From positions 12,152,001 through 12,216,000 of the forward strand of contig OZ059899.1 in NCBI GenBank assembly GCA_964057225.1: a stretch of 64,000 nucleotides of DNA. The letters run 5' to 3'. This document shows, in pieces, positions 34,953 through 48,300 of the stretch. How positions within the stretch are numbered: position 1 is the first letter of the stretch; every line of letters begins with the position of its first letter. This DNA comes from Auanema rhodensis (Eukaryota; Animalia; Nematoda). The notes under the pieces were generated by a model. It had not been told where the DNA came from, did no database searches, and worked only from the letters and a program-made list of their open reading frames with translations. The translations under genes and the position numbers were made by a program.

Positions 34953-36524
34953 TTTTCTTTTTTAAAAAAAAAGTTTAAAAATAATTTAAAAGTAAATTCC
35001 AAAAATATATAAACTGAATATTTAAAATAATAAAAAAAACGGAAAGAAATTTCATAAAATTTGATAAGAAAAATACTTACGTCATGTATTAGCCTTCAAA
35101 TCCTCTTCTCTCACTTCTTCCATTTGTATCATTCCTTTATTAATCAAATAATTTGTTGTTTATAATTATACTAATAGTATATTTTCTTTTCTTTTTTTTC
35201 AGTTTTTTTAAATCAATTTAACAATAGATTGATCTCGTATGTTCATATATTCAAATACATCTTCTTATCTTTTGCTGATGAATTCTTTTTAACAAAAAAA
35301 ATTTACTTTTCTTTCCTTTTTTATTTTTCGTTTTCAGTTGCTTTAGTAATCTTGAAAAGCTGTATTTCTTTTTCTTTATTTTATTATTCTTCCTTATCTG
35401 TGCACCTGACTCTTCACTCATCCACGAGAGATCATGATGCCGTGCACCAATCAGGGAGCCTCATCACGTACTCTATCAACTTTTTCTTCAAAAAATTAAA
35501 TATGTTATAGAGATATTAGATGAGAACATTCATGAAAAATAAAACTAACTATATGTATATATTATATAAATAATCTTATATATATATAGTATATATTATA
35601 CTTCATCTTATACTTACTTATATAGATTTGCTTCAAGTTTTTTTATTGTTTTTGTGAGATAAATGAACTTTTTTTTTCAACAAAACTGTTTTTTTCTTTT
35701 TAAATTTCAATAAAAATTGTATTTTTTCATAACATATAAGGAAGTTTAAACAGAAAAGATGAACAAAAACGGAATTAAATCAATTCAAGCCAATCAACTA
35801 CTGGTCAGTTTCCAGAAGAAACTCCTCGTATATTAACGATTGGATGTTCTAATCGCTGATGGTATGAAGAAGTTTTATTAGTAGACGTCGTTCTAATCAT
35901 TGAAAACAAATCTGCCAATCTTACTTCATTGTATTCTTCTATCGTGCCGATGCAAATCAACTTTCGATGAAAATCTCTGACGATACAGTTTGAAATCAAT
36001 ACCGTTGTTGAACGTGTTAAAGCTTCTAAAAGAGAAAATGATGATAAATCTGAATCGGATGCTGATGATGCAAATCATTATCTTCAATGTAGGTGAAGGA
36101 AGTTATAGCGATGTTGACAACTATATGATACAAGTTCTATCACCCTGTATATTCATATAACATCTAACTAGAAAACACAACATCTCAAAGAAAACAATGA
36201 TCAAATTGGAAAAAAAGATTCTGAATTATCAGAATTTTGCTTCAAATAATTTATTTTTATTTGAGTTAACACTTGTAAAGACAATTTTATAATAAAAACT
36301 TTCATTTGTGAAGAAAATCGGACAGGGTGAACGTCCTCAGAAAATGGTTTCAAACTACAAAAAAATTGGTTTCAAAATTTCATTGAACTTTTCTCTGAAA
36401 AGATTCAAAATTTGTTGAAAATAGACGTTAAATTGAACGAACAAATTCATTTGTGAAATTGAATTTCTTTTTTTCTATTATTTGATTGTTTTCAATACTG
36501 AAATATAATTTTTTTTATTTTAGG

Positions 36525-36929
36525 ATGGTAAGAGGAAAGAAAACGACTCCTGAAGTACGAGAAATCATACTTAACATGAAGTATAAAGGTATCAGCGTTC
36601 GAAAAATCAGTGACTTGCTGAAGGTTCCAAGAAGCACAGTTCATCATGTCTGGAAAGATGCCCATAAGCCACACAAAGTTGATTCAAGAATACGGAAACA
36701 AACACCAACGCCAGAGCAAGATAACTTAACAATGAAGCTGGACGAAACAGATCCTGTCATGATGCCTTCTGAACCTACTCAAGAATTCGTTAAGATGTTT
36801 CATGTTCTACTATATTCGTCTAATCTGATATTTCATATTGCTGAACTTTTGAAGAAGTTTGATGATGATATCAAACAATTATTAATGTTTTTCCATACAC
36901 GGATACAAAATCTTAATAAATGTGATTAA
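36525..36929 (+). mobile_element. Tc1/Tc3-transposase-like N-terminal helix-turn-helix ORF (134 aa) with no DDE domain
   Basis: MVRGKKTTPEVREIILNMKYKGISVRKISDLLKVPRSTVHHVWK matches the paired-like HTH pattern of Tc1-family transposases. No catalytic WSDE/DDE segment follows. Confidence 0.6.
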
Positions 36930-39378
36930 TTGATTTTTTTTTATTTAATAATCCGTTTTCTAACACTCAAAGAATTTTTTTTTTCAATTTTTGTAGTTTG
37001 TTTGAGTTATGATGGGGATATTGGATCGGAGTATCGGACGTTTATTGTTCATATCTGTCTTTATAAGTCTTTTCAAGTTGTTAACTTGACAAATAAATAA
37101 ATTTAAATATATAAGTTTAAACATAATTCGGAAAATACTGTGTGGTGACATGACATTTCTTCGATTATGAGCTGGTTGATTCTATGCCAAGAACTTTGTA
37201 AGCTGTGACTGATAACTTTGGTCACTATCCCCCCTTTCCTCCACAAAACGTCAATAAATATTTTTTAAATACCATTTAAGACCCTTTTTATTGAAATTGT
37301 AGTTTGAGCATAGTCGTCTAAAGGTGTCCAATGTGTAAAAAGAACTGGATAATCTTATTGATAGTATATAAGAAATTCTTTAAAACTTGAAAATTAAACT
37401 AAGATTCTTACTATCAAAATCAAACTCATCTTTGATATTCATATCGAAATATCAATAAATAACTTTGATCAAGTAGAACTATGAATATTCAGTCCCTATG
37501 ACCACAAATGTTTTCTTAATTAAATTTTAAAAAAAGAAAATTTTCATTTTTAAAAGAAAATCGTTAAGTTTCTGACAAATCGTTCAAAATTCTTCGTTTT
37601 TATTTGAAAAAGACATTTCGTTGAAATCTTAATGGTAGGTCTTGAGAACGGTGTGCTTTCAGGATGTTGTAATAAGCATTTCTCTTATACAAATCATTGA
37701 CCTCTTCAAGTTTTTTCCTGGTATTGAACAGTTGTTCAAGTTAGTTTTTGAGAAAAAAAACTTTTTGAACTTTTCAAACAAATATTATTTTGACTTTAAA
37801 AAGAAAAAAAAAACAATAAAAAACCTTATAATATTCGTATATCGTTATACTAACATGCACTCTTTATCGATTTGAATAACTACTACTGAAAGCTTTGATA
37901 TAAGTAGCATCTTAGTGAGTCCCTATTCTTCTTCTTCTTCTTCTTTTTCTTCTTCTTGTGCTTCTAATCAAAATAATTCGTTTATCTTCTTTTCCCTCAT
38001 TTCCGACATATTCTACCTTAGTTATCGAATTAGATAAATGAGATTTTACACTTATTTCTTCTTTTCTTTTTTTACGTCGGCATCTCTTCATCTGTCATTC
38101 AAAATAATTAACTATATTTTAATGACAGAGTGAATTGAAAAAATAATATTTCTTTCTTAAAATAATATTATTTTAAATGTTTTATCTATTTCAACTTTAT
38201 AATGACGTATCAGCCATAAACTTTTTCTAAAGTTTAAGACCTCCCCTTCTTTCTTATCTAAATTTTGCTGGAAAGTTGGATTGAAATCGTAGTATAATCA
38301 CGAAATTAGCTGTTTCCGACCTTTGAAACTGAATATACAGACATATAAAAATCATCTTTATGAAATTATATATGATGAAACGATAAAAACAGATTGACAG
38401 AATACAAGTAGAAACAAAATTTTGTTTTTGTTTACAAAAAAAAAACATATGTGCTTATATGTATATGTATAAAAATAAAAAGTTATAGACAACATAATAC
38501 GAAATAAGACAGTAGACAACCATATGAGCATTTCTAGATTATATATTCTGAGGTTTTTTCGAGGAATTCAAGGAAAATTCTTAATTTCGTTGTTCCTTAT
38601 TTCCATTATAGGATAAATTTCTTTGATAATGAAGAAATGGGCAGGGAAAGGGTGAGGAATGGGATATCCATACTTGATTCAGGAGCTAATATATGAAAAG
38701 CAAGTAGAAGTAAAGGTTATATTTATTGGTCCCGCATGGATGCTGGCTATATGTGATGTAGGCAAGAAGTAACATTGAATTGGTAAAGATGTAAAAGCAA
38801 AAGGAGAAGGAAAAATATTTAAACCGGCCCTATGTTATAAGTAAGTAAATAAGTAGATTATTTATAGGAAATACACATAATTTAGAAGAAATAAAAGGAT
38901 AATTCTTTGACAGATTTTTACAAAAATAGGTAAGTGACTGCAAGTAACGACAAAACAATAGAAAGAGAACATAACATGGCAATGACAAAGCATATGAAAC
39001 TATGGTTATTCGCATAAATCTGAGATTTCCTGTGAACATGTTGAAGACAAAGTTTCAAATTTTGTCTTATTTCAACTTAAATAGCCCACAAACTATTTTA
39101 AGATAGATGAAGCTCCTGAAACAAATATGAAATTTCCAAATTGAAAAATGAAGTCAGTAAAGGGAAGGGGAGGGGGAGTGAAAATAGATCATAATTTTAT
39201 ATTTTATATTCAATTAGATAGATATATTATATATAATTTGTAAAAGTTAATCGAAAAAATTCTGTTTGAGAGTCAAAATTCTTAGGATACTTTTATCTAA
39301 GAATTTCCAATAAGATTATTTGAACTCTTCTTCTGCTTCTAATTCTTTCTTGTTTGAGGGATTTCAAACTGAAAATTC

Positions 39379-42300
39379 TTATTCACTACAGCTTGGTGAT
39401 GATAAATCTGATGTATGAAGATGAGGTGAGTATTCGTGATGATAACCAGGTGGTGGAGGTCCTCCTGGTGTCATGTAGCCCATGTCAGGAGGTGCTACTA
39501 GGTCAGCATATCCCTAAAAATAAGACGATGAAGAAGAAAAATGATTAAAAGTCTTGAAAATTGTAGTTTTTTGATTTTGTTTATACAGCTGCCTTTAAGC
39601 GTTTTTCAAGTTCAAAAGGTAAGCAGGTGTTATAGTTAACACTTACCTTAATTATGCTTAACTGTATGAATATAAATAAGAATCAAATAACACATTTGTG
39701 CATGAAACCGCAAAAAAACATTGAAAACTTACAATTCCATTGGCAGGATATCCAGGATCCATCGGTACATTAGGATCCATGTGCGTTGGAGCAGCAGCTG
39801 TAGCTCCAGGCCACTGTTGGAAATGTTGAATGTCAATTGGCTGTCCAAGACTGTCAATGTGCGTAGTTGGAGCAGAAGCAATCATAGGTCCTACACCGCC
39901 AACTCGAACGTGGTTCAAAGCTCTTTCCTGTAATAAATCATATTACCCTCATAAAAATTATTGTTGTTGTTTTCTTAGTAAATTATGAAATTTTAGTTAA
40001 TTTGAGTTTAGAAGGAGCATCTTTCTTTCTATGTATATGGTATTGTGTAAGAGTGTATTACAATACCGACGAAAAAAAGAAATTAATTACTAGCTACCGT
40101 GCTCCATTGCTAATTAGATTCCGCGACCGCCTTTAGATGCATCACATCTATAGATGATCTAATGGTGTAAAAATACAAAAACAAGCCGATAGCTATACTA
40201 AACCATCTGTCAATTATCTCACTACCTTATAATAACTATATAATGTTTATTATATTATTATATTCTATACATATATATAGTCTTTTCAAAAGAAAATAGG
40301 AAAATGGCATTATGAGGACACATGCATACATAGCGGAAGATACAGTTGCCTTTTGTTTTCATTCTATCCAGTCCAAACAGTACCGACAAGTAATTAATCT
40401 ATTAACCGATATAAGAATTCATTGAACCTTTTCAAACCATTAATACTCTCCCTCAGCTAAGGCTGGTTAAGTTTTAATAAAGTTTAGAGACAGATAATTA
40501 GGATGTTTTAGATTAAGACAGAGAGAGAATAAGATAATCATCTATCTATTCATAAAGACAAGAATATAGACAAAAGTTACATACGTGAGAAGGTCATTAA
40601 CTATATCTACATCATCTTAACTATATGTAATTCCCGGATATTTAATTTGTTACAGTAATCTGGTTTCATAAACAATAATCTGCGAATGTTTTTCCTACAT
40701 TTCGATCAATTATTAAGGTTTTCCTTCCTTTTTTTTGAAAAAAAAAAGTTTTTTCAACAAATTTACCCGATAAATCTGTTGAATTGACTTTTGTTGGGAA
40801 AAAAGAGTATGAGGGACATTCAATCAAAAGATTTCTATATTTGGTTAACAACTATCTCACCATTTTAATTCAACTTTGTAAATAATTCAAACTTTTCGCC
40901 GAGTCATCATTAACCTTTATCCAAAAAGATTTTTTTATAAACATCTGGAATGAATAACTTGTTTACTAGTATTACTACTTAAACATCTGACTATCAATCT
41001 TATCTTTGTTTGTTTATATCAATATTACCAGCTTAACTATACTAACTATATACATATTCCATCATATTACCATATGGTTCGTCTTTCTTTTTTTTTCAAA
41101 AAATACTTCAGGAAGATAAAGATCTACATACATGTATATACATACTATGTATTACTTCAATTGACCATACCAAGCTGTTCCTTTCATTTTTCGTGACAAG
41201 ACCAATAAGTTCTGAACTTATGTTTGCTTTGTATTTCTTTCAGCAGATTATGGTGCAACACCCGTTCATATACTGTATTGTAACCCCCAATTTTTTGTTT
41301 CCTGGATTTGAAGGATTTACTGTTATTACTGCCATTGGTAGCAATACGAGAGATGATTTAGAGTATAAGATAGAGAGATAGGGAAGGGGTAGTGGATTAC
41401 ATGGAAATGGTCATCTTCTGACACCAGTGTGCTTCTTTAGATCATAATCTGATGACCGGAACCATCGAGATGGCATCGAATTTCAGAGTTATGTGACCAT
41501 ATACAACCAGCCGATTATCTGAGCTTAGATACTTCATTGACCTACGATTAACGATAAGTATTAGCACCTTTAGAATACAAATCATCAATATATATCATTA
41601 AATGAGCATAAAATACTATTTTATATTTGAATTTAAAGTATTTTCTTCAACAATATTCTGCTTTTGAAGATACTTCTGGGCAAAAAATCCTTATTTTCCT
41701 TCTGATTTTACATTTGATAACAAAACTTGAAAATCTGGTGTTTGTAGCATTTTTTCCATTTTTTTACTTAAAATGATCACAAAATCCCTCATTTGGTTGA
41801 GAAGGAAATAATGATTGTCTAGGAGATGTATAATCTTTAGGAAATACATATCTGGCTTGCGAGTAAACAGTGTTTTCGTGAATCTGGGTAGCCTCTTCTC
41901 TAGCATACCACATATGGTGTTTCCCAAGCCGACACTTGGAAGAGTAAGATCCCAACAAGAAAAGAAGATGAACATATCTCAAGATTTTACTGAGAGAAAT
42001 AGAAGAGAGTGAAAGAGAGAGAAAGATAGAGAGAGAGCGATGAAGGGAAAGCAGGCTGTATGCATTGAATGAGTTAAACTTGATACTCATCCAACTTGAA
42101 AAGATATAGTTAATTCAACTAATATGTGTGTAGTCCTTTAAAGAATTATTAATCAATATACATATATTCGAATTATTGATTTAAAGGCTTAATGTGAACT
42201 AAATTCAAGTTGAAAGCACATGTATTAGAACATGAAAATACTGATTTAGTAGGAAGATGAGAAGACAATCGGCCGTCGTCAAAGCATTGATGACAGATGA

Positions 42301-45300
42301 CAACCATCTTCAACGACAAATTGCCTTCGGCAGTTTATGCTCCTCTAATTTGACCCATCACCCATTTAAAAATCTTTAATTCTTTATCTTTTTTCTGTCA
42401 ATATGCTATTTCCACAACTAATTTTTCCGAAAAAAACAACAATTCGAACCATGTTCGTTATCGTTTTTTTCACTTTTTTTCATTCAAAAAACTTAAATTT
42501 TCAGTTGAAAAATGACAGATGTTCAACTACATAGCAGTTAACTTTCTTCCAATTTTTTGACTAAAAAAAGAAAAAATCTCGAAACGGCTATATCAATCTC
42601 CCCCCCCCTCTCCCTGTGTTCTTTGAAGATTCCATATTTCTTACTTTTTTCTTTTTCTTCTTCTTTTTTCATCTTCAAAGCAATAAACAAGAAAGTTGTG
42701 CTCGTTTTCACACAATTCTCCAACAAACTTCTAAGTAAATCTGGTCTCATATGGATAAAGGATAACACACATGAAAACATGTATATATTTTACAATCAAT
42801 TTCTATATTCAATGAAAAAAATTTTTTTTTTTGAATTCTATTTGAAGGTAGCAAGTATGATATAGGCTGTTGAGTTTAACATGAATCTTCTGCTTTTTTT
42901 TCTCAGAAAATGAATGTGATGGTCCCTCAACCTATCTCATTCTATCTCTGTTTCTCGTGTATCTGTGCTATGTATGTATGTTACTGCTCAAAATCCTCTG
43001 AAGCCGTCGTGGAAAGGAATCTGAATGAATGACGTGAACACAAGTATAGAGAGAGAGAGAACGAGAGAGAGAGAGAAAGAGGGAGTGAGAGAAGGTAGAA
43101 TAACAGAGATATTCTGAGAACAATCTAAACACATAGATAGCAGAGTGATGAAGGTAGGGAGAGAGAAGAGAATAAGCCAATGATGGAGAGTACAAACTGC
43201 CGAGGGGTATCAGGATGGGGACAACTACACATTGATGATCGAATTAAGCAGGCCAAGCGGTCTGCGTCAAATTCATTTAGTCAATCTTCTACAAAGCATA
43301 CTGTATCTTCTCTTTCTGTCTAAATATATTTCTCTCCCTCTCTCTGTCTCTCTCTCTCTTTCTCTCTCTTCTTTCAAAACCACCACCAATCACCTCTTTC
43401 CAGTATTTTCGATAAATTTATAATCATTGTCTTGTTCTGATTCCATGAAATGTATTATGGAAATCTAGAAGATACAAATGATTACGGTATTGTCTGTTAT
43501 CAAAGACCTTAATTTGTCTTTTGTGAAATCAGTCGTTCCATTAACCTCTACACATTCACCTCACTTTCTCTCCAAGAACCTTCGTCCCTCATTCCCTTCC
43601 CTCAAGCAATACAGTGGAACTACATCGCGGAAAATCTATCTTCTTACATGTTTTGAAGGAAAGCATAAAATGAAAATGACTTATACCAAGATAACTTAAA
43701 CCAAAGCGTTAATATGTCCCTCAGGATGATAAACATCTCATTTATCTTTCTCCTCATTCCCATCTTTTACCTTTCAATCAATTAGTCTTCCGTTTCCTGT
43801 CATCTTCCTGCTTTTTAGTTTCTTCATCAAATCTTCTTTTAACCTTTTCCTTCCTTTCCCTCTACATCCAACTTTCTCTCTCTCTCTCTCTCTATCAAAC
43901 TATCTATGTTCCTCTCTATACATCTCTTTTTCCTCCGAATCGTTCCCTTGGAGATACAACCAGAAAAGACTTTCTTGTTTACAATCCCTTCTTGTTTCTT
44001 AAAACAAAGATTTTCTCAGGAAAGGAATAAGGAGCAAGCCACATATAGAACGAGAGAGGTAGAAAGATATTCCATAGTATAGTCCTTGAAATAACCAAAA
44101 CACAAGGCTTTAAATAAGAACGTAACTTCAACAACTCTTGACATTTTCAAATATATGATACGACATACGTGTTAAAGAATATACAAGATGTCTTGTTACG
44201 ACTGACCAAAATAACTATTTTCTTCTCAAAATAAAGTTAAAGGAAGAACAAGTTCAACAAGAAGTTACAGTAACCCTTTAACTATGACTATGGTTCCAAA
44301 TTAGGAAATATAGAGAGAGAGATAGAGAGAGAGAGGGATGTAGAGATAGAGTTAGAGAGAGAAAGAGGGAATTCCGCTTCGAACGTATAAAACAATATTA
44401 TTAAAGCTTATATAATAGAAAGAAAATAGTTAATGGAAGAAACTGGTTCATTTGATATAATTTGTGCAAATAAGCAGAAAAGTTTCCAAATACAACTATA
44501 CATACGTTACGTGTATAGTTATGAGTAAAGTCATGATATACATAGTTTAGCTTAACTATGCTAACTATGCTAACTATTATGCCAAAATGAGTAAACTGTT
44601 ACATAATCATCAATAGTTGATATCAAGTGGATTAGAAGGATTAGTTGTTTGATCAGCTACTTGAATGACCAAAAAAGAAAAAAAAACAGAAGGATTATGT
44701 GATTCAATCAGTCTTCGTTATATTTAACTTATATATATAGTTAATATTAAATAAATAGTAATTTTCCAATAAAGTACTTGAGATAAGAGAGGATTAGAAA
44801 GAGTTAGTCCAAAAATCTAAATGGCAGTAGTTATGCACATACATACATATGTATGTGATCATCTAAGTAAACAAAAATCACATAATTGTATATTATTATA
44901 TACATTTAAGGTTATTTATCTATGTAAATAAAGTTTTCAAGTTTTGAATTAAGTTGTATAATGTTTCTAAAGAAGCGTACCTTTTCAGCATTTGCTTGGT
45001 AATCCCTCATTTGAATTTGACGTTTCTTATCTTTACAACGCTTATTTTGGAACCAAACCCTAATAACACGAGCGTTTAAGCCTGAAACAAGTTGCTTATA
45101 AGTTGAAGTTGTAAATATTATATTGAACCTGTCATTTCAACTAGTTGCTCTTTGAGCATAGCATCTGGACGAGCATTATGTGCATAACATTTCTTTAAAA
45201 GACTTAATTGCGTTTCATTTAGTACTGTTCGGACACGAGTTGTCTAAAATTTATATGTTAACTATATGATATAGTTAAGAATATAATCAATACTTGTTTA

Positions 45301-48300
45301 TCTTTCTTCTTTTTTGGATTTGATGTGTTGTTTGTTGAGGATGTATTATTGCCAGATGATGCTGATGGTGCTCCATATGATGAATAGCCTGATGGCATCA
45401 TTTCCTCAGACTTTGGTGACCTAGATATACTTTACATATAAGCTATATGATATAGTTAGACTAACCGAACAGATAATGGTGGACTTGTACTGTTAGTGTG
45501 ATCTAGACTGACCATTGTACATGAATCCCAGTTGTCATCATCAGCATACATCGATGGTGTTGCTGTACTTGTCATCATAGCGGATGGTGGACGACAATTC
45601 AGATCCAACGATGCTGTATTGGATGGAGGACCAACAACAGGAGTTACAGATGATGTATGAGCAGGAGCAACCGAGTTTCTCTGAAATAGGATAAAGACGT
45701 AAGAATCATAGTCACAGAAATGATTAAGAAGATCGACGTACTATCACATCCGCAGGGGACACGCCGGGCATGTGAGCTAGGCCAGGAGGAACGGAGTTTT
45801 GCATCAGATTACGACAATCATCTTTACAGTATAATCGATCGCCTTTAATCTGAAAAAACGATCAAACTTTGTTATTTGAAATCTATTTCAGGATAAACGA
45901 ACCTGAAATTCGTCTCCAGTTTTCAGCAGTCGTTGGCATGCTACGCATGTGAAGCAGTTTACATGAAACACAACATCACGAGCTTTCATCACCATCTCGT
46001 GTCGTCCGAAAAATTGATCACAACGTGAGCATTTGGTGGCAAATAATCTGGAAAATTATAATTAGCATAGTTAACATAATTTCTATGAAAACATATATAA
46101 AGGTTCAAAAGATGTAGCTAAGATTATGAGGAAATACAAGTGAAAATCTTTCTCAGCTTCCTAGGTAAATATACTTTTCCGTTGTTCACATCTTCTACTA
46201 CCACTTCTACTCTTATTTCCTTTTCTTGTACCCCCCAGCCTGTGATTCTAAATGAATCTTCGTAACAGACGGAACAAGTCCATCAGATTCACAGCTTCCG
46301 TTCATGCTCCAAAACTCCAAATTGACGAACCTTTGATGATACATAAAGCCGCCAGTAACCTATAATCAACATCACCAGCAATTTTCCAATATACCAGATG
46401 ATGATGTAATAGACGTTGAGTGTGTGATGCTCTCGCTTTGGAGCTCGACCATCTGACATCAAAATCTTGACTTCAACCCAAAGGTATCGGCTAGATTGCG
46501 CTCTGTCATTAGGTGATGACGTCATTTAGATGAGGTAGTAACAGACATCTGAACAGCTTCCTCCAATCAATTCAATAGAATTGACGACCGGAAATGCATC
46601 TGAATATCTACCGTCACCAGCAAGTAGAAGAAGAGCTCTACACATCATCTTTCCTAAGGACTAGTATCACCAGCTGTCATAATGAAATGCAAAAACCTAT
46701 GAGACAGAATTGAAAAAGCTTCTTCTTCCAATTTGCTCGTTTGTTCTTTCAGATTGACTGAACTGCAAGTTTATTTTGCAAACCAGAAAAAGATGGAAAT
46801 GTTGCCAAGTTTGCAACATTTCTGCTTTTTTCCTTCTATTCATTCTCGCTCCCCTTTTCCACTTTTTTAGGTTTCAGCCTCCTTCGATTGGCTGTTTACC
46901 CAATTTCCTCAGAAGGTATACGATCATCAAGTCAGTACCGTCAATTTCATCGTTCGTCTTCAATTCGTGTCTTTTTCTCTTACTATTTCTCGTTTTTTTA
47001 CACTTATTTCTTTCTGTATTTCCCATAACTGGCCTTGGTGTGATCAGCCAGCCAAGCACTAGATGACAACCGAATTACACGCTAATTACGCTAAGGATTA
47101 CGGTAAAGAAGATGATGGAAATACATGAAGTTCAGTGAGATATATAAAGAAAAGAAGGAATAGAGAGTGTATGGAAAGAGAAAAAGAGAGAAAGAGAGAG
47201 ATAGAAGGGGGAGGGAGAGGGTAATAGAAGGTGGACAGTTCAATGAAGATGTGCTGATGATGAAGAGAACGAAGTTTTGAAGAAAATAATGAGAAATGAC
47301 CAAAAATACTAAAGACAGTTAAGAGAATTAGAAGGAAAAAGAAAAGAAAAACTGGTGAAATAAGCAAGAGATCTGAAAATAAGAAAGACAAGAAGAGGAA
47401 CAAGAAGAACATCAAAGAAGCCACTCTCGCCCACCCGTATGATGGTAAGGGTGTCAGATACCGTAATCCTTTTTGTACAAAAAGAAAACAAATCAAGGCA
47501 ATCAATTGATTTCAAGTTCAAGATATATACTATATCTAGCAACATTTCAATTGAATTAATTAATTTTTAACAAAAATTAGCAAAAAAAAAAGAAAAAAAT
47601 TCCAAAATATTTCAATGAATGTTGACTCCATCTCTTTTCATTGCTTTTCCGGTAATCAAATAGCTGAGTAGATTGAATAAAAGGAAATATCAATAGAAAA
47701 TAAGAGAGTTTAGAGATAAAGAGTAATTGTTGAGCAAGTTGGTTGCCCTTTGACGGTTCTCTTTCCCTCGCTCCTAGACCACCCCCTAACCTCTTTTCTT
47801 TTCAATTTGCTTCCGGTTCGTTCATCTCAAAAGAGTGATTTGACCAGCACAATCTCTTTCCCTCTCTTACCCTTTTCTCTCTCTCTCTCTCTTCAGTTAT
47901 CCATAACATTCATACAATTGAAGAGAAGGAATGCTGATGATGAAGATGAGGATGATGATGATGATCACAAATCACAACATACATTCAGCAGATTCTATGG
48001 AATATTTCCTTAATCATACATTTTCCTCCAAAATTCATGCAAACTCCTTTCTTAAGATATTCATAAGACAATCTAACTTATCTCTTTTTCATATTAAAAG
48101 TCCCAAAGATGATTTTTCGAGAAAAGAAAACTATTATGTGTTGCTCTTGCACTGGGAATACGACCCAAACGAAACGAAATCTAAGCCGAAGTCAACGGCC
48201 ATGGGAGCTGCTACATGTCTATATTCTCCTCCTCTTTAGGAATTGAAGAAAAGATGACATGACATAGAGAGAGATAGAAAGAGAGAGGGAGTTTGATCCT

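Noticed and set aside
36141-36330. CACCCTGT / ACAGGGTG as transposon terminal inverted repeats
   Set aside because: Only 8-9 bp match and they face outward, so they do not bracket the HTH ORF as a complete element.
46516-46525. ATGACGTCAT CRE palindrome in a lim-7 intron (and GACGACGTCGTC near 52276)
   Set aside because: Single short palindromes; not distinguishable from chance without conservation data.
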